DNA of 64,000 nt from Firmicutes bacterium UBA5509. GTDB taxonomy: Bacteria; Bacillota; Proteinivoracia; UBA4975. Positions within the stretch are counted from its first letter, which is position 1, and each line of letters opens with the position of its first letter. The DNA lies in contig DIOR01000027.1 of NCBI GenBank assembly GCA_002423965.1, positions 117,958 to 181,957 of the forward strand. Direction: 5' to 3'. This document shows, one piece after another, positions 8,387-16,983 of the stretch. Position numbers and translations under genes: made by a program. Below the pieces are notes generated by a model. It ran no database searches and had not been told where the DNA came from. It saw only the letters and a program-made list of their open reading frames with translations.

Positions 8387-10227
8387 TGATTCCTCCCCCC
8401 CTGACCCAGCAGCCCCAGCCCCGCCGCCTTGGCCAGGATTTCAGGCTCTTGGCGGCTACCGAATTGCGTTTAACCTGGAACAAGTTGCGCCAGCGGCCCC
8501 TGAAAATCTGGCTGCTAATTCTCTTGCCTTCATTTGGCTTTTTAGCTCTTATGATATTCCTTGCAAAATCAGCTTATGGGGCCATGGGGACCATGCCAGC
8601 GGAATCAATCCAAGGTTTGCTCTCCCTGATCTTTATGGGAGGAGTAATCGGCAGCATATTCTTTGGCGTTACTGCTGCCTTTGTCACCCTCTATATGTCT
8701 GATGATTTGGAAATGCTCTTTGTTGCTCCTGTGTCTACCCGGGCCATTTTCCTCATAAAAACCCTTAAAGTTGCTCTGAGTAATCTTTTTTCCTCCCTCG
8801 TCTTGATCTTTTTACCGGGCCTCTTCTTTGGGCTACTCCTTAAAGCCCATTTTCCTTACTATATCTGGCTAGTTATCATTACCCTGGCCTTGCTGACTTT
8901 GGGCACTGCTTTAGCGGAGCTCATCAATATCGTGGTAATGCGCATTGTCCCTCCCCACCGCAGCAAAGAAGCAATTGGCTTTATCGGTGCCATCAGCGGC
9001 ATTGTCATCGCCCTGTTTTTTCAGATTCCCAGCATGCTAATCAGCAGCAATATTTCAAACCCCGCAGGGTTGCTGGACAGCCAACAGCAGTTGATCCAAG
9101 TCATGAACTGGTTCCCCTGGGGCTGGAGTTCCCGTGCCCTGGCCAATGGTGCCACTGGCAATCATCTCCAGGCCTTGCTCTGGTCTCTCATTACAATGGC
9201 CCTGGCAGTTGCAGTATTTGTTCCCTCTTTTCGTTTGGTGGAAAGGGGCTTTCGCCGGGGCTGGATTTCCCTGAGCCAAGGAGAAGGCGGACGCAAAAAA
9301 TCCAAAGTCCGGAAGACCAAGACTATAGAGCAGACCCCAGAAGGAATCTGGGATAAAGACCTAGCCAAAGCCTCACCTACCATAGGCGTATGGGCTGTGG
9401 CAAAAAAGGATCTCCTCAGCCTAAAACGGGATACCAGAGAGTGGTTTGGCTACCTGACCCCCTTGCTAATCATGGCGTTTTTTGTGGGCAGGGCCCTGTT
9501 ATTTCCCGGCGGCGGCTCTAAAGAAAGTCTAGGTGGCATATTACTGATGTATACCATTATGTTCAGCGGCAATATGGCCCTGCAGGCCTTTGGCCGGGAA
9601 GGAGAATCAGAGTGGATTCTCAACACTGTGCCCCTGGCGGGGTGGCCTGTGGTCTGGGGCAAACTGCTGGCAGCAGTGCTGCCAACCCTGGTCTTAATGG
9701 AATTACTGCTGACGGGTACTGCTATCGCCCTGGGATTTGCCCCTACTATCATCATCGCAATGGCAATAGGCGCCGTTTTAATATCTCTTGGGGCCAGCGC
9801 CATCGGCCTGTTCTATTCCATTAACAACTGTCGCTACAACCCAGATAATCCCCAGCAAAAAATCAACACCGGTGCCTATTACTTGATGATCCTAATCAAT
9901 GGGCTGTTTGCTGGCTTACTGGCTCTGTGCCTGTTATATACCTTTCCCCCGGCTCCTCTGCTGGACTTGGTCCTCCAGCTACCGGCTGTGCCCTTTACCT
10001 GGGGATTCCCTGAGACCATAACATGGCTGCTTTACATCCTCAGCCGCCCCTTAACCTGGGGGCCTGTCCTGCGGATCTTTGCAGGGCTAACAGTAACCCT
10101 AGGGGTCTGGGCAGCAGTCTTTTCCGGTTTCATGGCAGCCACTGTCCGCCAAAGCCGCAAAGGTTTTCGAGTCCAGCTGGCCACCGGACAAAAAAGAGGA
10201 CGGCCCTTGAAATTATCAAAACTCTAG
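8383..10227 (+). CDS. large (614 aa) duplicated-permease ABC exporter membrane subunit
   Basis: About 12 TM segments in two halves. The start overlaps the ATPase stop (ATGA), indicating a translationally coupled exporter. Confidence 0.6.
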   Translation: MMIPPPLTQQPQPRRLGQDFRLLAATELRLTWNKLRQRPLKIWLLILLPSFGFLALMIFLAKSAYGAMGTMPAESIQGLLSLIFMGGVIGSIFFGVTAAFVTLYMSDDLEMLFVAPVSTRAIFLIKTLKVALSNLFSSLVLIFLPGLFFGLLLKAHFPYYIWLVIITLALLTLGTALAELINIVVMRIVPPHRSKEAIGFIGAISGIVIALFFQIPSMLISSNISNPAGLLDSQQQLIQVMNWFPWGWSSRALANGATGNHLQALLWSLITMALAVAVFVPSFRLVERGFRRGWISLSQGEGGRKKSKVRKTKTIEQTPEGIWDKDLAKASPTIGVWAVAKKDLLSLKRDTREWFGYLTPLLIMAFFVGRALLFPGGGSKESLGGILLMYTIMFSGNMALQAFGREGESEWILNTVPLAGWPVVWGKLLAAVLPTLVLMELLLTGTAIALGFAPTIIIAMAIGAVLISLGASAIGLFYSINNCRYNPDNPQQKINTGAYYLMILINGLFAGLLALCLLYTFPPAPLLDLVLQLPAVPFTWGFPETITWLLYILSRPLTWGPVLRIFAGLTVTLGVWAAVFSGFMAATVRQSRKGFRVQLATGQKRGRPLKLSKL

Positions 10228-10254
10228 GGACCTCATATCAGGAGGAGATAAAGC

Positions 10255-10977
10255 ATGAATATCGGTGAAGAATTTTTTGAGAAAACTAAGTATCCCAATA
10301 TCAGTGAATCGGACCAAGAGAAAAAGCTACCCCATCCCCCCTTAGAAACACCTCAGGGGGGAGAGGCAATAGACCTTCCTGACCCAACAGGCCTTAGCCT
10401 CCAAACAGTTAGCCTTACTGAAGCAATCAATAGCCGCCGCAGCCGGCGAAAATTCAGCACCCAGCCTCTTAGCCAAGAAGAACTATCTTGGCTGCTCTGG
10501 GCCACCCAGGGTGTCCAAAAGCAAGGAGATATTAGGACTGTTCGCACCGTGCCATCTGCTGGCGGTCGCCATCCCTTTGACACCTACCTGGCCATCGCCA
10601 ATGTCACCGGCCTTGAGCCCGGCCTGTACCGGTACTTGGCCCTTTCCCATCAGCTGGTCCTAATTCGAGAAGACAAGGATATCAATGAGCTCATCGCCGC
10701 CATCTGCCGGGAGCAAAAGTGGATAGCTGAAGCTGCCGTAACATTTCTTTGGATTGCCGTGCCCTATCGCTCCGCCTGGCGGTACAGCCAAAGAGCATGG
10801 CGATACCTATTTCTGGATGCCGGTCATGTTTGCCAGAATCTCTACCTGGCCTGTGAGGCAGTTGATGCAGGTTGCTGCGCCGTTAACGCCTTTGACGATG
10901 ACGCCCTCAACCAGTACCTAGACCTGGACGGAAAGAGCAGATTCGCCATCTACCTTGCCCCTGCAGGTCATAAATAA
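10255..10977 (+). CDS. SagB/ThcOx-type (nitroreductase-superfamily) dehydrogenase
   Basis: RRSRRKFS FMN-binding motif and the hallmark VPSAGGRHPFDTYL (the PSAGG motif of SagB-type dehydrogenases). 240 aa. Confidence 0.7.
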   Translation: MNIGEEFFEKTKYPNISESDQEKKLPHPPLETPQGGEAIDLPDPTGLSLQTVSLTEAINSRRSRRKFSTQPLSQEELSWLLWATQGVQKQGDIRTVRTVPSAGGRHPFDTYLAIANVTGLEPGLYRYLALSHQLVLIREDKDINELIAAICREQKWIAEAAVTFLWIAVPYRSAWRYSQRAWRYLFLDAGHVCQNLYLACEAVDAGCCAVNAFDDDALNQYLDLDGKSRFAIYLAPAGHK

Positions 10978-11660
10978 TGGCCAACCATTCTTGTCCCTGT
11001 GAGCATATTTGCGCCTCCCGGGTGCCTATTTTTCAGCATCTTAGCCCTCAGGAGCTTGGCCGTTTTAACGACATCCTCATCACCAAGGACTACGCTGACG
11101 GCGATATTATATACTGCCAGGACAGTCCTGCTCAGATGCTGTGTATCGTCAATACCGGAACCGTCAAATTGTTTAAGACCTCCCCGGAGGGAAAAGAACA
11201 AGTGCTGCGGCTCCTAAAGCCTGGAGACTTTTTTGGCGAAGCAGTGCTCTTCGGGGAGCATGACCGCAGTTCCTCCGCTCAAGCTCTGGGACCAGCAAAG
11301 ATCTGCCAACTAGATAAGTACTTGGCCGAGGACATCATTAACCGCAATCCTGAAACATCCCGCAAACTTATTGCTGCCCTCAACCTGCGCCTCACACAAG
11401 CTGAAGAGCAAATTGAGTACTTGGGCACTCGCTCAACCCTACAGCGAGTGGCCCGCCTCATTGTAGACCTTGCAGAAGAACAGGATAGCACAACTGTGAC
11501 CCTGCCCCTAAGCAGGGAGGGTCTTGCCAGCCTTACTGGAATGACGGTTGAAAATTTCAGTCGCAAGCTCAGTGAGCTGACGGACCAAGGATTAATCACC
11601 ACCAAAGGCCGCAAGCTAGTATTGGTGAGAGATATGGAAAATCTAACGGCGCTGACATAA
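10977..11660 (+). CDS. Crp/Fnr-family transcriptional regulator with N-terminal Cys cluster
   Basis: The N-terminal HSCPCEHICAS has three Cys residues, followed by a cNMP-binding-like beta-roll (GDFFGE) and a C-terminal HTH (SREGLASLTGMTVENFSRKLSEL). The start overlaps the sagB-like stop (TAATGG). Confidence 0.85.
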   Translation: MANHSCPCEHICASRVPIFQHLSPQELGRFNDILITKDYADGDIIYCQDSPAQMLCIVNTGTVKLFKTSPEGKEQVLRLLKPGDFFGEAVLFGEHDRSSSAQALGPAKICQLDKYLAEDIINRNPETSRKLIAALNLRLTQAEEQIEYLGTRSTLQRVARLIVDLAEEQDSTTVTLPLSREGLASLTGMTVENFSRKLSELTDQGLITTKGRKLVLVRDMENLTALT

Positions 11661-11677
11661 AAAAAGGAACCACAATA

Positions 11678-11715
11678 AACCAGACAGTCCAAATTGGGCT
11701 GCCTGGTTTATTTAA
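11678..11715 (+). terminator. rho-independent terminator after crp/fnr-like gene
   Basis: AAACCAGACAG...CTGCCTGGTTT stem with one mismatch, followed by TATTTAAT. Confidence 0.45.
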
Positions 11716-11756
11716 TAATCAGCATAAAATTTAGTTCTAAAATGTTTTTTGCTAAT

Positions 11757-11770
11757 TTGATTTTTATCAT
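11757..11770. promoter_or_regulatory. FNR/Crp-type box TTGAT-N4-ATCAT upstream of thioredoxin-like/HMA/P-type ATPase operon
   Basis: TTGATTTTTATCAT matches the FNR consensus TTGAT-N4-ATCAA at 9 of 10 positions. It is centred about 30 bp upstream of a CATAAT -10-like hexamer (about 11793-11798), the spacing expected for a class II activated promoter. Confidence 0.45.
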
Positions 11771-11822
11771 GTTTTACCTTGCAGTTTTCACCCATAATAA
11801 AGACAGATACTAAAGAAAAGGA

Positions 11823-12071
11823 GTGCTAAAGATGACAAAAACGATTACCCTACTAGGTGTTGAAGGGTGCCCCACTTGCGCCCGCTTGGATTTAAAAGTT
11901 AAGGAGGCAATGGCTGCCCTAGACACACCGATTACCGTTGAGAAGATAACTGATCCAGCAAAAATTATGGAAATCAACGCCGGTGGCCTGCCTGCAGTCT
12001 TAGTTGACGGAGAAGTAAAGGCCCTGCGTCGAGTTCCAGAATTAGAGGAATTAGTAGAATGGCTGCAGTAA
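11823..12071 (+). CDS. small thioredoxin-fold protein (redox-active disulfide protein, CxxC)
   Basis: 82 aa with GCPTCARL (CxxC) near the N-terminus of a thioredoxin-like fold. RBS AAAGGAG upstream. Confidence 0.6.
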   Translation: MLKMTKTITLLGVEGCPTCARLDLKVKEAMAALDTPITVEKITDPAKIMEINAGGLPAVLVDGEVKALRRVPELEELVEWLQ

Positions 12072-12292
12072 AAGTAACAGCACGTTTGGAGAACCTTTCC
12101 TGCCCCAGTTGTGCCGACATGATTACTAATGTCCTGGGTAAAGTCAAAGGTGTTAAAGAAGTAGAGGTCCGCTACACCACTAGCAAGCTCCTGGTCACCT
12201 ACGATGATGAAATCACTACCTGGGAAGAACTTCAGGATAAAGTAACTAAGCTGGGATACGGAATCGCCAGCAAGTCACAAAGGAGGGATTAA
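12059..12292 (+). CDS. heavy-metal-associated (HMA) domain metallochaperone, CopZ-like
   Basis: LSCPSCADMITNVLGKVKGVKEVEV contains the MxCxxC-type metal-binding loop of a ferredoxin-like HMA fold. 77 aa. Confidence 0.8.
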   Translation: MAAVKVTARLENLSCPSCADMITNVLGKVKGVKEVEVRYTTSKLLVTYDDEITTWEELQDKVTKLGYGIASKSQRRD

Positions 12293-12293
12293 G

Positions 12294-14174
12294 ATGACTG
12301 CCGCCACAAAACCCATGCCCGGTGCCACCAGCCTGTGGCTTCGTAAAAACGAAAGACTTTTGATCCTAATAGTATCCGGCTTCCTAATCCTACTAGGCTG
12401 GTTAGTGGGACGAATCTCTCCCACAGCCCGTGCCATTCTTATGGTTGCCGCGGCCATTGTGGCGGGCTATCGCATCGCCCAAACAGCCTGGATTGCCCTT
12501 AGGGCCAAGGTGGTTAGCATCCAGCTCCTGGTCACCATCGCCGCCATCGGTGGCATCTTCATTGGGGAGCAATGGGAAGCCGCCGCCGTCACATTTCTCT
12601 TTGCCCTGGGGAATTACCTGGAGGCCAGGACCTTAAACAAGACCAGGGATGCCATTCAACAACTCCTTGAAATGGCCCCGGCCTCTGCCATCGTTATCCG
12701 CAATGGTGAAGAAGTGGAAGTGGATCCCGAAGAAGTGGAAACAGGAGAAATCGTCCTGGCCCGCTCCGGCACCAAAATTCCTGTAGACGGCATCATTGTT
12801 AAGGGTAGTGCCTCGGTAAACCAGGCCGCCATCACCGGCGAATCGGTGCCAGTGGATTTGGTGGAAGGGGATCAGGTCTTCAGCAGCACTATAGTTGAAG
12901 CAGGCTACCTAGAAATAAATGCCCAACGGGTTGGCGAAGACACCACCTTCTCCCACATCCTGCACATGGTTGAAGAGGCCCAGGAACGCAAGGCCCCCAC
13001 CCAGAAATTCATAGAAAAATTCTCTCGCTGGTATACCCCCTCCATCATTGCCCTGGCAGTAGTAGTTGGTCTGATTACTAAAAACCTTCACATGGCCCTG
13101 ACCCTCTTGGTCATTGGCTGCCCAGGGGCCTTAGTAATCTCCACACCAATTTCCATGGTGGCCGGCATCGGCAACGCCGCCAAATCCGGTGTCTTAGTTA
13201 AAGGAGGAGAATTCCTGGAGAAGGCTGGCAAAGTTACCCTAGTGGCCTTTGACAAGACCGGCACCCTCACCTTGGGCAGACCAGAAGTCACAGGAGTTAT
13301 GGCCAAAGAAGACGGTGAAGAAGAACTGGTCCGCCTGGCGGCAGCCGTGGAAAAGGGCTCTGAACACCATATTGGCCGAGCCATAGTACGCCGGGCTGAA
13401 AATCAGGCATTACCTGAAGCAACTGACATTCAGGTCTTCCCTGGGGGTGGAATCTCCGGCATGGTAGAGGGCAAGAAAATACTGGTGGGCAACCCACGCC
13501 TCCTCAATGAGCAAGGGGTCTCCCTTCCCGATGAAGTTAAGGGCTGGATGACTGAACGAGAAGAGAAAGGCGAAACTGCTGTGCCAGTTGCTGTTGATAG
13601 CCAAGTCTTGGGAGTGGTGGCCATCGCCGACACCCTTCGCACCGAAGCTAAGGAAGCTATTGCCGAACTTAGTCGTAGCGGAAAAAAAGTAGTAATGCTG
13701 ACAGGAGATAACCCCCGCACCGCCAAGGCAATAGGCGACCAACTGGGCTTAGACGAAGTTAAGGCCAACCTCATGCCCGTGGAAAAGGTCAAGGCCATCC
13801 AAGACTATCGTGCCCAAGGCCATGTTGTTGCCATGGTGGGTGACGGCATCAATGACACCCCAGCCCTGGCCGAAGCAGATTTAGGAATAGCCATGGGGGC
13901 AGCCGGCACCGATGCCGCCATCGAAACTGCCGACCTCACCTTGATGAGCGATAACCTCAACCGGTTGACTAGGGCCCTGCACCTGGGCAAGGCCACCCTC
14001 AACAATATTCGTCAAAACGTCTGGTTTGCCGTCGCCGTAGTCTTTATCCTAGTTATAGGGGTTCTTGGTCAGAAGGTCTTCTTGGCCACCGGTATGTTGG
14101 CTCACGAAGCCAGCGTCATGCTGGTCATCCTCAACGCCATGCGCCTTAGGACCTGGAAGACGCGAACCCGTTGA
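12294..14174 (+). CDS. heavy-metal-translocating P1B-type ATPase (CadA/ZntA-like, no N-terminal metal-binding domain)
   Basis: DKTGTLT phosphorylation site, GDGINDTPAL hinge and TGES actuator motif. The C-terminal HEASVMLVILNAMRL resembles CadA/ZntA TM8. The TM6 motif is CPG (VIGCPGALVISTP), not CPC. Confidence 0.9.
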   Translation: MTAATKPMPGATSLWLRKNERLLILIVSGFLILLGWLVGRISPTARAILMVAAAIVAGYRIAQTAWIALRAKVVSIQLLVTIAAIGGIFIGEQWEAAAVTFLFALGNYLEARTLNKTRDAIQQLLEMAPASAIVIRNGEEVEVDPEEVETGEIVLARSGTKIPVDGIIVKGSASVNQAAITGESVPVDLVEGDQVFSSTIVEAGYLEINAQRVGEDTTFSHILHMVEEAQERKAPTQKFIEKFSRWYTPSIIALAVVVGLITKNLHMALTLLVIGCPGALVISTPISMVAGIGNAAKSGVLVKGGEFLEKAGKVTLVAFDKTGTLTLGRPEVTGVMAKEDGEEELVRLAAAVEKGSEHHIGRAIVRRAENQALPEATDIQVFPGGGISGMVEGKKILVGNPRLLNEQGVSLPDEVKGWMTEREEKGETAVPVAVDSQVLGVVAIADTLRTEAKEAIAELSRSGKKVVMLTGDNPRTAKAIGDQLGLDEVKANLMPVEKVKAIQDYRAQGHVVAMVGDGINDTPALAEADLGIAMGAAGTDAAIETADLTLMSDNLNRLTRALHLGKATLNNIRQNVWFAVAVVFILVIGVLGQKVFLATGMLAHEASVMLVILNAMRLRTWKTRTR

Positions 14175-14189
14175 CATCATAAATAGAAA

Positions 14190-14222
14190 AAACGCCTCTC
14201 CGAAAAGGAGAAGCGTTTTCTT
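14190..14222. terminator. bidirectional rho-independent terminator
   Basis: AACGCCTCTCC-GAAAA-GGAGAAGCGTT hairpin followed by TTTCTTTT. It lies between the convergent ATPase (+) and lipoprotein (-) genes. Confidence 0.55.
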
Positions 14223-15125
14223 TTAGTCATCCCAAGGGAGAATAGCAATGGTCTTCCAGATAAGGAACCCCCGTTCCCCAGGATATTTGTAGATATAGCA
14301 TTCCACATCGGGATCCAGGAGGATCCGTGAGACTACTATCCCTTCATCACTGCGGCTGTGAGTCTCCACTATTGTATATGCACAATCAGGATGCAAACTG
14401 ATGGAATCAGGAATGTTATCAGGAGTAATGACAGTAGCCCTAATAACTTCATCCCTGTCATTCATTTCCTTTACTATCTCTTGCTCCGGCGGGTCAACCA
14501 TTTCAACAGTTAAAGTAAGCTTCAAAGTAAACTTTCCATCTTTGCTTGTCTCGTCCAAGGAAGTAGACATTGTGCCATCGCTAATATAATAGCCCGCCCC
14601 AGCACGCATGTAAACCTCTCCCTCGGGACTTTGAAAGACATTGCTAATATACAAAATCGTATTTTCTAGAGCATAAAGTGTGCCTGTTAGGGTGATTACC
14701 TCGTTGTTTTCAGTAATGGTGAAATCCTCAAGATCCTCAAGGAGGATGTCTTCATTTAAAAGCTTATTCACCTCCGAGTTGAAGTGAATGGTAATCTGGC
14801 TAACAAAAATTTCAGGGTCACTTATGGTCGTCTTGTAGCTATGAAATTCATCCTCCCCCATTACTGTTGCTTCAAAGAAAGCTATCCCTGGGATGTCCTC
14901 AAACTTGAAGGTTGTGGTCTCATATCCATCTTCCTCAACTACTAATATCTCCTTTGCATAGATAGCTTCATCAGAGGGGAGGTGAGTAAATGTCACATAG
15001 ACACCGATTATTTTGTCCTGAGATTGGTCTTCTCCTGGACCGAGATACTCCTTGGCCAACTGACAACCCCCTAGACAACCGCAGGCTAAGATCACGCACA
15101 CTAGCCACACTAATTTCTTAAACAT
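14223..15125 (-). CDS. putative lipoprotein, unknown function
   Basis: Signal peptide with a Cys-rich lipobox region (VILACGCLGGC). 300-aa acidic soluble domain. Confidence 0.5.
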   Translation of the reverse strand: MFKKLVWLVCVILACGCLGGCQLAKEYLGPGEDQSQDKIIGVYVTFTHLPSDEAIYAKEILVVEEDGYETTTFKFEDIPGIAFFEATVMGEDEFHSYKTTISDPEIFVSQITIHFNSEVNKLLNEDILLEDLEDFTITENNEVITLTGTLYALENTILYISNVFQSPEGEVYMRAGAGYYISDGTMSTSLDETSKDGKFTLKLTLTVEMVDPPEQEIVKEMNDRDEVIRATVITPDNIPDSISLHPDCAYTIVETHSRSDEGIVVSRILLDPDVECYIYKYPGERGFLIWKTIAILPWDD

Positions 15126-15346
15126 TAACTATCCTCCTCTAAATTCCCATCAAATTTTAGGATGTCCCCTACATCGCATTCCAGGTAGTAGCAAATCTTA
15201 TTGATGGTGCTAAAGCGCACCCCCTTGGCTTTGCCGGAACGTAGAATAGACAAGTTGGCCTCAGTAATATTCACCAAAGCACATAATTCCTTAGAAGTTA
15301 TATTTCTCTCTTTGAGCACGTCCGCTAGTTTAACTTGTATAGCCAT
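15125..15346 (-). CDS. XRE-family (Cro/C1-type) helix-turn-helix transcriptional regulator
   Basis: 73 aa with LKERNITSKELCALVNITEANLSILRSGK, a canonical HTH_XRE. Confidence 0.8.
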   Translation of the reverse strand: MAIQVKLADVLKERNITSKELCALVNITEANLSILRSGKAKGVRFSTINKICYYLECDVGDILKFDGNLEEDS

Positions 15347-15357
15347 CTTATCTACTC

Positions 15358-16338
15358 CTAGATATACAATTGGTTGTCTTGATGGAGCTTGCTGCTGTCA
15401 GCAAAATATTGAGCGAGGACAAGCAAAATCAGGGTCAGCACCAGTGAAGTAACAGGAACCTGGGCTGAGAAATCGTAGTTTAGCAGTGAGCGGCTAAAAA
15501 GCAATTGCAGTAAATTTACAGCTATGGAGCAGATTACAGTTGTTACCACTGTCACCTTGCATAAGCCCCCCAGCCTTCCCGCTACTCTTACCATTTCTTC
15601 TCCGTACTTATCCTGTTTTAAAGCTGCCGCAAGTTTTATTGCCAATAGCAGGACACCAATGCTGAGAATTACAGGAAATTGCCGCAACACATAACCGATG
15701 ACGATGAAATTGGTGGTTGCCGCTAAGGGAATAATAGGCTCGGGATTAGAGCTTTTTACATCTTGAATAGTGGCTCTCACGTCAATGACATTAAGGTAGA
15801 ATACACTAAATACCAGGACTATGGCTATGAGGGCTAGGAGCAGCTGTAGCCAGTCCAACATTCCGAATGTCTTGTTCCTAGTAACTCCCCTTAAGAGTGT
15901 AAGGATAAGGTAGCCAGTGAGAACTGAATAAAAGCATATACTCAACACCGTCTTCCCCATACTGCTAAACTCCTCAAAGGCAAAGAGATTCGTGAGTAAA
16001 TCAGGATTTATCATGTAGTACATCATGAAAAAGAGTATAGCGCTCATTACCAGCAGCAGGAAATCCTCGATATGAAATTTCTTCTTCATCACACGCCAGA
16101 GAAAAAACAGCATGGGACACAAGCTAATAGCCCCGTAAATCAGGATCGCTACTACGTTGCCAAAGGACCCAGAAAGCGACAGGGTCCTTAGCCACCCTCC
16201 TATCTCAACGAAAGGAGTGGATATTACACCAAAAACCGCTTCGGCAGAAGGGGGAGCGATGCACAGTGCCGCCAACAGGCATAAGATCGCCCCTATGCCC
16301 AACACAATCACCAGGACTTTAATTCTCAAGAGTACCAC
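15358..16338 (-). CDS. polytopic membrane protein, unknown function (true start probably TTG near 16329)
   Basis: About 8 TM helices, immediately upstream of the small XRE regulator. GGAGG sits 8 nt before an internal TTG. A TTGACA-17-TATTTT promoter lies at about 16345-16400. Confidence 0.5.
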   Translation of the reverse strand: MVLLRIKVLVIVLGIGAILCLLAALCIAPPSAEAVFGVISTPFVEIGGWLRTLSLSGSFGNVVAILIYGAISLCPMLFFLWRVMKKKFHIEDFLLLVMSAILFFMMYYMINPDLLTNLFAFEEFSSMGKTVLSICFYSVLTGYLILTLLRGVTRNKTFGMLDWLQLLLALIAIVLVFSVFYLNVIDVRATIQDVKSSNPEPIIPLAATTNFIVIGYVLRQFPVILSIGVLLLAIKLAAALKQDKYGEEMVRVAGRLGGLCKVTVVTTVICSIAVNLLQLLFSRSLLNYDFSAQVPVTSLVLTLILLVLAQYFADSSKLHQDNQLYI

Positions 16339-16983
16339 CTCCGATTATCATATTTCAATAATTACGCCTTTAAAATAGCAGGTAAATTATCGTTTGTCAA
16401 CAATAATCGAACAGACCTTGGGAACCAAATCCTATAAGACCTGAACCGGGCATAAGCCCGGTTCAGTATATTAACAAACGCCGCAATCTCCAGCGATTCG
16501 GCAACCTGCCGCGGGTACCGCAATGACGGCAAGATATTCGCCGAAGAGGCGTTTGGGGGCAGGGTATGGCTCAATGAGCTACTATAATAAAATAACCAAC
16601 TCCTGCCTGCTTTAGTGTATTACCCCGCGCCCCTGGAGGTGCCAGACGACAAAAAGTATACCCCTCGTGCCGGGGATATAAGTACAGCAAAGCGGCGGCC
16701 TCGATTGCTCAAAACCGCCGCCCTCGGCTTCGTACATTGGCACTATCTCAAGGTGCATTCCCGCATCCTGCCTAACCAAAACAATGTATTTGTCCGGCGG
16801 AAGGCTAAGCTCCTCCTTGATCTGCCAAACTCATTTTTACGTCCCGTGCCATTGTTGTCATCTTTATGCTACAACCGTACACGGGTTTGACAATGGTTTA
16901 ACTGCAAGAAAAAGTAAAACGACATAGCCAGAGCCTTGCCGTTTTTACTTCCTTGTGAGTGCCTCGTTAAAGGGCCTTGTCTA

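Noticed and set aside
12909-14005. Minus-strand ORFs inside the P-type ATPase gene (13088..13384, 13410..13742, 13430..13798 and others)
   Set aside because: They are antisense to a complete P1B ATPase with all catalytic motifs in frame. No independent support.
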